A DNA stretch of 64,000 nt, from positions 21,962-85,961 of the forward strand of contig CAZTMT010000012.1 of NCBI GenBank assembly GCA_964615335.1, in the 5' to 3' direction. The notes beneath the pieces were generated by a model. The model was not told the origin of the DNA and ran no database searches. It worked only from the letters and a program-made list of their open reading frames with translations. The position numbers and the translations under genes are program-made. Positions 37,793 to 47,510 of this stretch are shown piece after piece (positions within the stretch are counted from its first letter, which is position 1; each line of letters begins with the position of its first letter). The stretch is from an uncultured Clostridia bacterium. GTDB lineage: Bacteria; Acidobacteriota; Blastocatellia; HR10.

Positions 37793-39385
37793 ATGGTGAA
37801 ACGCATCCTGATCGTCCTTCTGCTGGGCCTGGTGAGCTTCTGGCCGGGGTCCGGTGACTTGCGAGCCCGCGAGCGCGCGGCGCTCTCTTCCGCGCAGATT
37901 GAAGCCTATCGGCAACAGGTGCTTACGACGATCGAAGGGATGAGAAAATTCACTCAGGTCATGGTGGACATGATTTTCAGCTTCGCCGAATTGGGCTTTC
38001 AGGAGTTCGAGACATCGCGCTACGTGACAGGGATTCTGGAGAAAGAAGGGTTCCGTGTCGAGCGGGGTGTCGCCGGGATCCCCACGGCGTGGGTGGCGAG
38101 CTGGGGTCAAGGCCGACCCGTGATCGGTTTCATCGCCGATATTGACGCCATTCCCGGCGCTTCGCAGAAGCCGGGCGTTGCCTATCACGATCCGATCGTC
38201 GAGGGAGCGCCCGGACATGGGGAAGGGCATAACGCAGGACAGGCGGTGATCGTCACGGCGGCTTTGGCGCTCAAAAAGCTCATGCAAGAGCATCGGCTTG
38301 CGGGGACACTCACGCTCTATCCCGGAGTCGCCGAGGAGCTGCTCGGGAGCAAGAACTACTTCGTGCGCGCGGGCCTTTTCAAGGACGTGGACATTGTGCT
38401 GGGCGCGCACATCAGCGATGGGTTCAGCACGGCCTATGGCGTGACGAACACGGGCCTGGTCTCGACGCAATTCACTTTCCGCGGAGAAGCGGCGCACAGC
38501 GCCGGAGCGCCCTGGCGGGGACGCAGCGCGCTGGATGCCGTCGAGCTGATGAACGTCGCCTGGAACTTCCGGCGCGAGCACTTGCGCCCGCAGCATCGCT
38601 CGCACTACATCATCGTCGAAGGAGGGGATCAGCCCAACGTCGTTCCGGATCGCGCGACCGTGTGGTACTACTTCCGCGAGACTGACTACGCGCGCATCAA
38701 GGCGCTGCACGAACTGGGTCAGAAGATCGCCAAGGCAGCCGCTCTGATGACCGATACCGAAGTCACCGAACGGATCCTGGCGGCGACCTGGCCCACGCAT
38801 TTCAACAAGGTCGTCGCCGAGGTGCTGCAGAAGAACATCGAGCGCGTCGGGATGCCCCAATGGAGCGAAGCCGATCAGGCCCTGGCCAGGGCCTTGCAGA
38901 AGGAAGTCGGAGCCGAACCGATCGGCCTGCGGACGGAGGTCGGTCGGCTCCAGGGCGAGCGCGAGGCCATAAGCGCCGGATCGGATGACATCGGCGAGAT
39001 CTCCTGGAACGTCCCCACGGTCTACTTGCGCTTCCCCGGAAATATCCCGGGCCTTCCGGGCCATCACTGGGCGAATGCCGTGAGCATGGCCACGCCGATC
39101 GCTCACAAGGGAGCGACAGCCGGAGCCAAAGCGATCGCGCTCACAGCCCTGGACTTCCTCACCCAACCTGAGCTCGTGCAGGCCGCTTGGGCTTACTTTC
39201 GCGAGCAGACGCGGAATCAATCCTGGGTCTCACTCATCCCGGAGGGCACGCCGCCTCCGATTCATCTCAACCGAGAGAAGATGGAGCGATTCCGCCCGCA
39301 CCTGGAGCGGTTTCGCTTTAATCCGGACAAGTACGAGACCTATCTCGAACAGCTCGGCATCCGCTATCCGACACTTCGCCAGTGA
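37793..39385 (+). CDS. M20D-family amidohydrolase (AbgB/aminobenzoyl-glutamate hydrolase-like), secreted
   Basis: Signal peptide. GHGEGHNAG and the metal-binding layout of amidohydrolase/peptidase M20D. Preceded by a (GGA)6 SD-like run. Confidence 0.8.
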   Translation: MVKRILIVLLLGLVSFWPGSGDLRARERAALSSAQIEAYRQQVLTTIEGMRKFTQVMVDMIFSFAELGFQEFETSRYVTGILEKEGFRVERGVAGIPTAWVASWGQGRPVIGFIADIDAIPGASQKPGVAYHDPIVEGAPGHGEGHNAGQAVIVTAALALKKLMQEHRLAGTLTLYPGVAEELLGSKNYFVRAGLFKDVDIVLGAHISDGFSTAYGVTNTGLVSTQFTFRGEAAHSAGAPWRGRSALDAVELMNVAWNFRREHLRPQHRSHYIIVEGGDQPNVVPDRATVWYYFRETDYARIKALHELGQKIAKAAALMTDTEVTERILAATWPTHFNKVVAEVLQKNIERVGMPQWSEADQALARALQKEVGAEPIGLRTEVGRLQGEREAISAGSDDIGEISWNVPTVYLRFPGNIPGLPGHHWANAVSMATPIAHKGATAGAKAIALTALDFLTQPELVQAAWAYFREQTRNQSWVSLIPEGTPPPIHLNREKMERFRPHLERFRFNPDKYETYLEQLGIRYPTLRQ

Positions 39386-39414
39386 GCGCGGGGCCGTTTG
39401 AGCAACGCTCTCGC

Positions 39415-42021
39415 TCACCGAAAGAGGGCGTTGAAGAGCACCTTGAATGTCCCCCAGCTCTGTCCGCGATGCTGCGCGCGGAAGCCGACCAGGATCACTC
39501 GCCCTTGCCCATACGGTATGTCGAGCAGAGCGACCCGGCCCGCGATCTTCTCTCGCCCGAGGAGATATCCGCTCCGCAAGGGATCGTCGGCATAGCGCGC
39601 GACGACTTCCGGTGCCTCCGCGCGATCGCCTTCCGCCGTGAGTTCGAAAGCCAGTCCCCCCACCATGTAGACGTCGGCTTCCGCCGGCATCCCATAGGCG
39701 AGCGGATGCTCCGGATTCATCCGGACGCGCAGGATGGACCCCGGACAGAAATACTCGCTCGGAGGAACCCCTCGAAGGACATTACGCACAGGGAGTCCGA
39801 ACTCCTCCAGAACGAGATCGGAGGATTCGCCCAGTGCGAGCAGCGTTCCTCCGGCCTGAACGAAGGCCTTCAGATTCTCCACGCCTTCCCTCCCAAGGCC
39901 TCCCGTGTACTCGGGAGGATAGGAGCCGGGACGGTGGCCTTCGCGAATCTCGCGGGGAGAGTCGCTTGGCAGGATCAGGACATCCAGACGCGCGCGGAGA
40001 TCGCCCGCGCGAATGTCCGCATCGCGAAGCGTCCTGTAGGGGAATCCGAACTGTTCGAGGACCCAGCGCGTCCACCCCTCATCCATTGAAGGCACCCAGC
40101 TTCGATAGAGCCCGATGCGCCGTCGTGCCAGAGGCGCGGATTCGGGAAGGCGCTCGCGGGTCGCCTGAAAATCTACGCCATGACGGCGGGCGATCTCCTG
40201 TAGAGTGCGCTGCAGCTCGGCGCGGGATTGGCGTCCTCCCTCGGCCGCACTCAGAACGAAGCTCCCGGCCGGATAGGTACGCCCCTGCAGAGTCACTTCG
40301 CGCCGGAGGCGCTCGACGCGAAAGAGGCCCGAGGCCAGGATCTCGTTCACTGCGGAGAACGCGCGATTCGCCCGGGTATCCAGAAGCCACACAACCTCAG
40401 ACGCTCCCCTTCCTTCCGAGATGTCCCGCACGTGACCAACAGGGGCGACAGGCTCCACGAGGCGCTCAAGCGGCGCCCTGAAGGGACGCGCGACTTCCAC
40501 CACGCGCACGCCCATTTGCAAAGGGAGCGTCCATCCGGCGACATCGTAGGGGCGTTCGGGAGGTCCACCAGGATAGAGGCGCCTCTCCGGATAGCGCTGA
40601 ATTTCCAGCAGCGTCTTGGCCAGAGCGCGCCGGGGCTGCTCCAGCAGAATGACGTAACTGCCCGCCGGATATTCCGTCCCTTCAACCGTGAAGCGCTCCC
40701 GGGCGCGATGCACCTCGACCCCTTGCGCCATGAGAACGTTCACCAGATGCGCGGCCGTCGGAGGATCCCACTGATCCGATGGGATCACATAGGCGAACGG
40801 CTCCTCGGTCCGCCCGCGTTCCAGAGCCCGCTTCCCCAGCTCATAGAAATTCCGCAAAAACGTCTCCCGATATCGCGCGGCCAGACGCAGCAGGGACCGC
40901 GCCGCGACCAACTCCATCTGCAAGATGTCCATCGGGCGCCAGACTCCACCGGGCCACGGATCCGGAAAGTTCGTCGCGCGCTCCAGCGGATTCGCGAGCC
41001 CGCGCGTCGCTCCCCTGAGCTGCTCGCGCGTGAGCGCGATCGGCGTCATCAGGCGCGCGCTTGCGGCTTCGGTCAAAATCCCCACGACGTTATGGTAGTA
41101 AGGCATCGTGCGCAGCCCTCCGGCCCACCAGGTGTCGTACTGCGCATTGGTCACGACGCCCCGAAATCCCGCCGCCGCGAGATCCCACGCCATGTGATGC
41201 CCGATCACGCCCACGGCCCGCAGCAGGATCGGATCAATATTCGGGTTGGGCGGATCGTAGAACGGAGGCACGAACATCCGCGCGCCGTTGGACCCCATCT
41301 GATGGACATCGTAGAGGATCTGCGGCAGCCACTCCCGATAGAGCGCGCGCGTGATCACCTGCGTCTCCACCTGCGTGAGCATGAACCAGTCGCGATTGTT
41401 ATCATGGCCGGTGTAGGGATGATACAGTTCCGGCGGCGATGTCCCCTCATAGGGTGTGCCGAGCGTGCGCCGATACCAGGACGCGACAATATCTATGCCG
41501 TCGGGATTGGGGCTTGGGAACAAAAGCAGGATCACGCGCTCGAGGATCTCGCGCGTCTCCGGATCGGTCCCCGACGCCAGACGATAAGCCAGCTCCAGAG
41601 CCATCTGCGAACCAACGATCTCCGTCGAATGGATCGAACAGGTGATGGCGACGATCACTCGCCCTTCGGCGATAAGACGCTCGGCTTCCGCCTCATCGGC
41701 CACGGTGCGCGGATCGGCCAGACGGCGCGTGATCTCTCGATACCGATCCAGGCGCACCATGTTCTCCTCGGAAGTGATCACGGCCATCAGAATCGGCCGA
41801 TTTTGCGTCGAGCGCCCAATCTCCAGAACGCGCACGCGCGGCGAGGCTTCATCCAGGCGCCGGAAATACTCGGTGATCTGCGACCAATCGGCCAGACGCC
41901 GATCCTCGCCCGGTTGAAACCCGAGAACCGAGGCGGGCGAAGGGATGACCTGCAGGACCGCTCCGATGGCCGCTTCGCAGAGAAATCCTACGACGATGAG
42001 CCACATCACAGCGCGTCTCAT
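39415..42021 (-). CDS. M14 family zinc carboxypeptidase, secreted, with long C-terminal extension
   Basis: Signal peptide. ITCSIHSTE (HxxE zinc site), NPDG, and the YTGHDNNRDW block of M14 carboxypeptidases. 868 aa. Confidence 0.8.
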   Translation of the reverse strand: MRRAVMWLIVVGFLCEAAIGAVLQVIPSPASVLGFQPGEDRRLADWSQITEYFRRLDEASPRVRVLEIGRSTQNRPILMAVITSEENMVRLDRYREITRRLADPRTVADEAEAERLIAEGRVIVAITCSIHSTEIVGSQMALELAYRLASGTDPETREILERVILLLFPSPNPDGIDIVASWYRRTLGTPYEGTSPPELYHPYTGHDNNRDWFMLTQVETQVITRALYREWLPQILYDVHQMGSNGARMFVPPFYDPPNPNIDPILLRAVGVIGHHMAWDLAAAGFRGVVTNAQYDTWWAGGLRTMPYYHNVVGILTEAASARLMTPIALTREQLRGATRGLANPLERATNFPDPWPGGVWRPMDILQMELVAARSLLRLAARYRETFLRNFYELGKRALERGRTEEPFAYVIPSDQWDPPTAAHLVNVLMAQGVEVHRARERFTVEGTEYPAGSYVILLEQPRRALAKTLLEIQRYPERRLYPGGPPERPYDVAGWTLPLQMGVRVVEVARPFRAPLERLVEPVAPVGHVRDISEGRGASEVVWLLDTRANRAFSAVNEILASGLFRVERLRREVTLQGRTYPAGSFVLSAAEGGRQSRAELQRTLQEIARRHGVDFQATRERLPESAPLARRRIGLYRSWVPSMDEGWTRWVLEQFGFPYRTLRDADIRAGDLRARLDVLILPSDSPREIREGHRPGSYPPEYTGGLGREGVENLKAFVQAGGTLLALGESSDLVLEEFGLPVRNVLRGVPPSEYFCPGSILRVRMNPEHPLAYGMPAEADVYMVGGLAFELTAEGDRAEAPEVVARYADDPLRSGYLLGREKIAGRVALLDIPYGQGRVILVGFRAQHRGQSWGTFKVLFNALFR

Positions 42022-42115
42022 CTTGCCCCCTCCCCAGGCGAAGTTCTCTCTCTCCGTTGTCGCGCGAAGGGGGAGAGTTTATCATATCCTGGACGTGTTT
42101 CAAGCGGAGGAGGGG

Positions 42116-42871
42116 ATGAGCGACCGGGTGAGAGGCTGGATGATGTTCGCTTTCTGGGGACTGGGTCTGGTCCTAGTCGCTCCCTTTCTCTTCCTCCTCT
42201 TTGCGCTGTGGCGTCGCAAGCGCCTGCTGTATGAGCCGGCGCGCTGGTTCATTCGAATCGGCCTTCGAATCGGAGGGGTGCGCTGTGAGGTCACGGGCCT
42301 GCAGAGACTCGATCCGCAGAGGACGTATCTTTTCCTCTCGAACCATCAGAGCCTACTTGATCCGCTCATTCAACTGGTGGAACTGCGGCGCGACCTCGGC
42401 TTTCTGGCCAAGAAGGAGCTGTTTCGATGGCCCCTTCTCACTCCGGGCCTTCACTGGACCGACTGCGTGCCCATTGATCGGTCAAGCCGAGAGCGCGCGA
42501 TCCAGAGTTTGCATCGGGCGGCCGAGAAGCTTCGCCGTGGCGTGAGCCTTCTGGCCTATCCCGAAGGCACGCGCACTCCGGACGGGACGCTGCTCCCCTT
42601 CCGGAAAGGGGTCTTCTTTCTGGCTCTGGAAGCGGGCGTGCCGATCGTTCCCGTGACGATACATGGCACATACGAAGCGATGCCCAAAGGATCGCTGCGC
42701 TGCCGACCCCAAAGCGTACGCCTCATCGTTCACGAGCCGATCTCAGTCGCCTCTTATGGCCCGAAGCGCGTGGGGGCTCTGATTGCCGATGTCCGGAAGG
42801 CCATCGCTTCGGCCCTTCCAGAGGCGACTTCACAGAAGGAGCCATGCCCCGCGAGATCTATCTCGATGTAG
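42116..42871 (+). CDS. plsC: 1-acyl-sn-glycerol-3-phosphate acyltransferase
   Basis: N-terminal TM, FLSNHQSLLD (HX4D acyltransferase motif), FPEGTR. SD GGAGGAGGGG before ATG 42116. Confidence 0.8.
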   Translation: MSDRVRGWMMFAFWGLGLVLVAPFLFLLFALWRRKRLLYEPARWFIRIGLRIGGVRCEVTGLQRLDPQRTYLFLSNHQSLLDPLIQLVELRRDLGFLAKKELFRWPLLTPGLHWTDCVPIDRSSRERAIQSLHRAAEKLRRGVSLLAYPEGTRTPDGTLLPFRKGVFFLALEAGVPIVPVTIHGTYEAMPKGSLRCRPQSVRLIVHEPISVASYGPKRVGALIADVRKAIASALPEATSQKEPCPARSISM

Positions 42872-43365
42872 AGACGCAGAAGCTGGCGCACGAGGTGCCG
42901 GGCGGATGGACGAACATCCGCGCTTTCGGACTGGCTGTCGCTGTCACCTGGGATGAGGAGCACGGCTTTCGCGTCTGGTTCGAGCCGGATGCCCCCCGCC
43001 TGATCGCCGAACTGGAGAGCTTCGATCGGATCATCACGTTCAATGGCGAGCGCTTCGACTTCTCCGTGCTCAGCGGATACGGGCCGGTCGAAAAGCTCTA
43101 CTTCAAGTCGCTCGATATTCATTCGGACCTCACGCGAAGACTCGGGCATCGGATGCCCTTCGATGCGCTCGTGCGCGCGACGCTCGGACAGAGCAAAAGC
43201 GGCCGCGGCGAGGACGCCGTGCGCTGGTGGCGCGCCGGGCAGACCGAGAAAGTCATCGCCTACTGCCGACGCGACGTCGAGCTGTTGCGCGAAGTCGTGC
43301 GCTTCGCCCGAGAGCGCGGCTATGTTCTCGTTCCCGTCAACCGCGTGGTGCGTGTCACATGGTGA
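42844..43365 (+). CDS. RNase H-like 3'-5' exonuclease family protein (DEDDy-type)
   Basis: YLDVETQ (Exo I), ITFNGERFDF (Exo II), and YCRRDVE (Exo III, YxxxD) motifs. Overlaps the plsC 3' end by 28 nt. Confidence 0.6.
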   Translation: MPREIYLDVETQKLAHEVPGGWTNIRAFGLAVAVTWDEEHGFRVWFEPDAPRLIAELESFDRIITFNGERFDFSVLSGYGPVEKLYFKSLDIHSDLTRRLGHRMPFDALVRATLGQSKSGRGEDAVRWWRAGQTEKVIAYCRRDVELLREVVRFARERGYVLVPVNRVVRVTW

Positions 43366-43488
43366 GACGATCTCGGGGGACCTGACGCTGGGCGAGGAAC
43401 TCCAGCGGCGGAAAGGGCTCGCGCCCAGACATTGCCCCAATCCCCGAAATGCGATAAGGTTGACATCCGTGAGGACGGGCGGGGCCAG

Positions 43489-44736
43489 ATGCACGAGGTC
43501 GTTCAGGAGAGATCGAGACGCCAGGACTTCTCGTACCGGGCCTTCTCCTCTGCCCTGAAGAGAGCGCGCGCCGGCCAGCGATTGGATCGCGAGGACGCGC
43601 TCCTTCTCCTTCAGGCCGAGGGGGAAGAGTGGTGGGCGCTTCTGGACGCCGCTGCCAGCGTGCGTGATCGCCACAAGGGGCGCACGGTGACCTTCTCCAA
43701 AAAGGTCTTCCTCCCGCTCACGAATCTCTGCCGCGACCGCTGCGCCTACTGCACCTTTCGGAAGGATCCCGGAGATCCCGAGGCCAAAACCATGACGCTC
43801 GAAGAAGTCCTGGCCGTCGCGCGCGCCGGCGAGCGCCTGGGATGTCAGGAGGCCCTCTTCAGTCTGGGCGATCAACCGGAGCGCGCCTTCCCAGAAATGC
43901 GCCGGACGCTCGCGCAGTGGGGCTACGCGACGACGCTCGAGTATCTGCACGCGGCGTGCGCGCGCGTCCTGCAGGAGACGACGTTGCTGCCGCATCTCAA
44001 CCCGGGCGTGATGACCGCCGACCAGATGCGCGCGCTCAAAGAGGTGAGCGTGAGCATGGGCCTGATGCTGGAGAACGTCAGTGCGCGTCTTCTGCGTCCG
44101 GGGGGTCCGCACTTCCGCGCTCCGGATAAGCATCCGCGCGTGCGCCTGCGCACGATCGCCGAGGCCGGACGCCTGCGCATCCCGTTCACAACAGGCGTGC
44201 TCATCGGCATTGGGGAGACCCTCTCGGAACGCGTGGATTCGCTCCTGGTACTGCGCGAGCTGCATGAGACGTACGGGCATATCCAGGAGATCCTCATCCA
44301 GAACTTTCGGGTCAAGCCCACGATTCCCATGCGCGCGCACCCGGAGCCGACGCTGGAAGACCTGGCCCGCACGGTGGCCGTCGCGCGACTTCTCTTTGGA
44401 GGGGCGATGAACATTCAGGCTCCGCCTAATCTCATCCTGGATGCTCCTTCGCAGCGGGAGGCGTCTTCATCCCGAGCCGGCGAAGCGCTGGATATTCTGC
44501 TTCGGGCCGGAATCAACGACTGGGGAGGGATTTCCCCCCTCACGCGCGATTATATCAACCCCGAACATCCGTGGCCGCAGATCGAGTGGCTGCGCGAGCA
44601 GATGCGCGCCCGTGGGTTCGAGCTGAGAGAGCGACTGGCCATCTACCCGGAATTCGTTCGGAAGCCGGGCTTCCTGGCTCCGGCGCTCGCGGCGCGCCTG
44701 TGGGAGCGCGTGACGCCAGAGGGGTATCCACAATGA
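43489..44736 (+). CDS. cofG: 7,8-didemethyl-8-hydroxy-5-deazariboflavin (FO) synthase subunit CofG (radical SAM)
   Basis: CRDRCAYC radical-SAM cluster motif in the CofG position. The rest of the sequence is typical of CofG/FbiC N-half. Stop overlaps the cofH start (ATGA). Confidence 0.85.
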   Translation: MHEVVQERSRRQDFSYRAFSSALKRARAGQRLDREDALLLLQAEGEEWWALLDAAASVRDRHKGRTVTFSKKVFLPLTNLCRDRCAYCTFRKDPGDPEAKTMTLEEVLAVARAGERLGCQEALFSLGDQPERAFPEMRRTLAQWGYATTLEYLHAACARVLQETTLLPHLNPGVMTADQMRALKEVSVSMGLMLENVSARLLRPGGPHFRAPDKHPRVRLRTIAEAGRLRIPFTTGVLIGIGETLSERVDSLLVLRELHETYGHIQEILIQNFRVKPTIPMRAHPEPTLEDLARTVAVARLLFGGAMNIQAPPNLILDAPSQREASSSRAGEALDILLRAGINDWGGISPLTRDYINPEHPWPQIEWLREQMRARGFELRERLAIYPEFVRKPGFLAPALAARLWERVTPEGYPQ

Positions 44737-45920
44737 GATCCGCAACGAGAGAAGAAGTGAGGCCGGAAGAGACGTGCCTGATCGAGCGCGAGCCTGTGGA
44801 GCGCCTCCTGGCGCGACTGGACCCGGATTTTGCGCGCCTTCTGGAGAAGGCCTGGGCCGGCCGCGAACTCACCCTGGAGGAAGGCCTCCGACTGGCCCAC
44901 GCACAAGGGGAGCAGCTCGAGGCCCTTGTCGCCGTCGCCGATCAGGTGCGGCGGGAGACCGTGGGAGACATCGTCACCTACGTCGTCAACCGCAACATCA
45001 ACTTCACGAATATCTGCTTTGTCGGATGCAGCTTCTGCGCCTTCAGCCGAACGCCCAGGGAGCGAGACGCTTACTTCCTGACGCTCGAACAGGTCGCCGA
45101 GAAAGCCGCCGAAGCCTGGCAGCGCGGCGCGACCGAAGTCTGCGTGCAGGGAGGACTGCCTCCGAACCTGGACGGCTTCTTCTACCGCGATCTCCTGCGG
45201 GCGATCAAAGCGCGCGTCCCCGAAATTCATATTCATGCGTTCTCCCCCATGGAGATCGTCTACGGCGTCGAGCGGACGGGAATGGCGCTTCGGGACTACC
45301 TGCTCATGCTCAAGGAAAATGGCCTGGACACCCTGCCGGGGACAGCGGCCGAAATCCTGGATGACACCGTGCGCTGGAAGATCTCCCGGCAGAAGCTCAC
45401 CACGGCGCAATGGGTCGAAGTCATCACGACGGCCCACGAGCTGGGCATTCGCTCGACCTCCACGATGATGTACGGGCACGTCGAGACGCCGGAGCACTGG
45501 GTGCGGCATCTGCTTCTTCTGCGGGAGATTCAGAAGCGCACGGGCGGATTCACCGAGTTCGTCCCGCTGGGGTTTGTCCATCCGAACACGGTCCTTTACC
45601 GGATCGGGAAGGCGCGTCCGGGACCGACCGTGGAGGAACATCTGAAGGTCCACGCCCTGGCGCGATTGCTTCTGCGCGGATGGATCGAGAACATTCAGGT
45701 CTCCTGGGTGAAGCTGGGGCGCGCGCTCTCTCAGCAGTGCCTTCAAGCCGGAGCCAACGACTACGGGGGCACGCTCATGGAAGAGAACATCTCGCGGCTC
45801 GCGGGAGCAACGGCCGGACAATACCTGGCGCCCGAGGAGTTCCAGGCGCGCATTCGCGAGCTGGGACGCATTCCGGCCGAGCGCACAACGACCTATCAGA
45901 TCCGACGCCTCTTCGCCTGA
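44733..45920 (+). CDS. cofH: FO synthase subunit CofH (radical SAM)
   Basis: NFTNICFVGCSFCAF radical-SAM CxxxCxxC motif. Matches the CofH/FbiC C-half family. 4-nt overlap with cofG. Confidence 0.85.
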   Translation: MRSATREEVRPEETCLIEREPVERLLARLDPDFARLLEKAWAGRELTLEEGLRLAHAQGEQLEALVAVADQVRRETVGDIVTYVVNRNINFTNICFVGCSFCAFSRTPRERDAYFLTLEQVAEKAAEAWQRGATEVCVQGGLPPNLDGFFYRDLLRAIKARVPEIHIHAFSPMEIVYGVERTGMALRDYLLMLKENGLDTLPGTAAEILDDTVRWKISRQKLTTAQWVEVITTAHELGIRSTSTMMYGHVETPEHWVRHLLLLREIQKRTGGFTEFVPLGFVHPNTVLYRIGKARPGPTVEEHLKVHALARLLLRGWIENIQVSWVKLGRALSQQCLQAGANDYGGTLMEENISRLAGATAGQYLAPEEFQARIRELGRIPAERTTTYQIRRLFA

Positions 45921-45951
45921 ACCCACTCCCCCCAGGCGGCAGCCGACCGCG

Positions 45952-47100
45952 ATGGAGCCGGTGACCTTCCACGTCATCGCCGAAGACAAGAGGACGCGGG
46001 CGCGCGCCGGGATCTTGCGCACGGCGCATGGGGTGGTGGAGACGCCCGTCTTCATGCCCGTCGGGACGCAGGCGACGGTGAAGGCTCTCACCCAGGAGAT
46101 GCTCGAGGAAATGGGCGCGCAGATCCTTCTGGCCAACACCTATCACCTTTTCCTCCGCCCCGGCGAGCAGGTGATCCGCGAACTGGGCGGCCTGCATCGC
46201 TTCATGGCCTGGGAGCGCGCGATCCTCACCGACAGTGGGGGATACCAGATCATGAGCCTGGCGCCCCTGCGAACGGTTCGGGAAGAGGGCGTCTACTTCC
46301 GCTCGCATCTGGATGGATCGGAGCATCTGCTGACCCCCGAACGCGCGATTGAGATTCAGATGGCGCTCGGTTCGGACATCCTCATGGTCCTCGATGAATG
46401 CCTGCCGCATCCGGCCGAGCGCGCGGAGGTCGAACGCGCCGTCCGCTTGACCACGGCTTGGGCACGCCGCAGCAAGACGCGTTTCGAGCAGATGCGCGAG
46501 CAGGGCCCGGGGATGCCGGCCGCGCTCTTTGGGATCGTTCAGGGAGGCCTCTACGCCGACCTGCGCCGACGCAGCCTGCAGGAGCTTCTGGAGATCGGAT
46601 TCGATGGCTATGCCCTTGGCGGCCTGAGCGTCGGCGAGGAGAAGTCGGCCACTTTCGAGATGGTGGCTTATCTGGCCGAGCTGCTGCCGCGGGAACGCCC
46701 CCGATACCTCATGGGCATGGGCACGCCCGCCGACCTCATCCAGAGCGTGCGCCAGGGCGTGGATATGTTCGACTGCGTGCTCCCCACACGAAACGCTCGA
46801 AATGGCCAGGTCTTCACCTCGCGCGGCCCGCTCAATATCAAAAACGCCGCCTACGCCCGCGATCCTCGCCCCCTGGACGAAGACTGCCGCTGCCGCGTCT
46901 GTCGCCGATACGCTCGCGCCTATATTCGCCACCTCTACGGAAGCGGCGAGATCCTGGCCGCCATCCTCTGCACCTATCACAATGTGCATTTCTACCTTGA
47001 CACGATGCGGAAAATCAGGCAAGCTATCGCCCTTGGCAACTTCGCAGAGTTCGCGCAGGATTTCTTGCGCCGGTACGACGAGGGACACTCTGCAAGTTGA
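45952..47100 (+). CDS. tgt: queuine tRNA-ribosyltransferase (tRNA-guanine transglycosylase)
   Basis: GVVETPVFMPVGTQATVKAL, LGGLSVGE, and the zinc site CxCxxC...H (CRCRVCRRY...H). Confidence 0.9.
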   Translation: MEPVTFHVIAEDKRTRARAGILRTAHGVVETPVFMPVGTQATVKALTQEMLEEMGAQILLANTYHLFLRPGEQVIRELGGLHRFMAWERAILTDSGGYQIMSLAPLRTVREEGVYFRSHLDGSEHLLTPERAIEIQMALGSDILMVLDECLPHPAERAEVERAVRLTTAWARRSKTRFEQMREQGPGMPAALFGIVQGGLYADLRRRSLQELLEIGFDGYALGGLSVGEEKSATFEMVAYLAELLPRERPRYLMGMGTPADLIQSVRQGVDMFDCVLPTRNARNGQVFTSRGPLNIKNAAYARDPRPLDEDCRCRVCRRYARAYIRHLYGSGEILAAILCTYHNVHFYLDTMRKIRQAIALGNFAEFAQDFLRRYDEGHSAS

Positions 47101-47157
47101 CCGAATCCGATCAGGGAGGGGTCATCGAAGGGCCGCGAATTCGCGGGCGCGCCGATT

Positions 47158-47475
47158 ATGAACACGGGAGTCCTTTTGCAGGCCGGAAACGCTTTCCTCT
47201 CGTTGGTTCCCTTGCTGGCGATCTTTCTCATCTTCTACGTGCTCATCATCCTCCCGGAACGCCGGCGCCGGAAGAAACTCCAGGAACTGATCGCGAATCT
47301 CAAAGTCGGGGATAAGATCGTGACGACCGGAGGCATCTACGGGACCATCATCAGCCTGCGCGAGGATACGTTGGTCGTTCGCTCCGATCAATCGCGCCTG
47401 GAGATCGCCCGCAACGCGGTCATCGGTCTGCAGCAGCCGCGCCCGGAAGAGAGCGAGAGGGCGACGGCGAAATGA
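47158..47475 (+). CDS. yajC: preprotein translocase subunit YajC
   Basis: Single TM, then GDKIVTTGGIYGTI, the YajC signature. Conserved tgt-yajC-secDF synteny. Confidence 0.85.
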   Translation: MNTGVLLQAGNAFLSLVPLLAIFLIFYVLIILPERRRRKKLQELIANLKVGDKIVTTGGIYGTIISLREDTLVVRSDQSRLEIARNAVIGLQQPRPEESERATAK

Positions 47476-47510
47476 TCCCTCCGACACCATAAGGGGCTTC
47501 GCCGGAGAGC

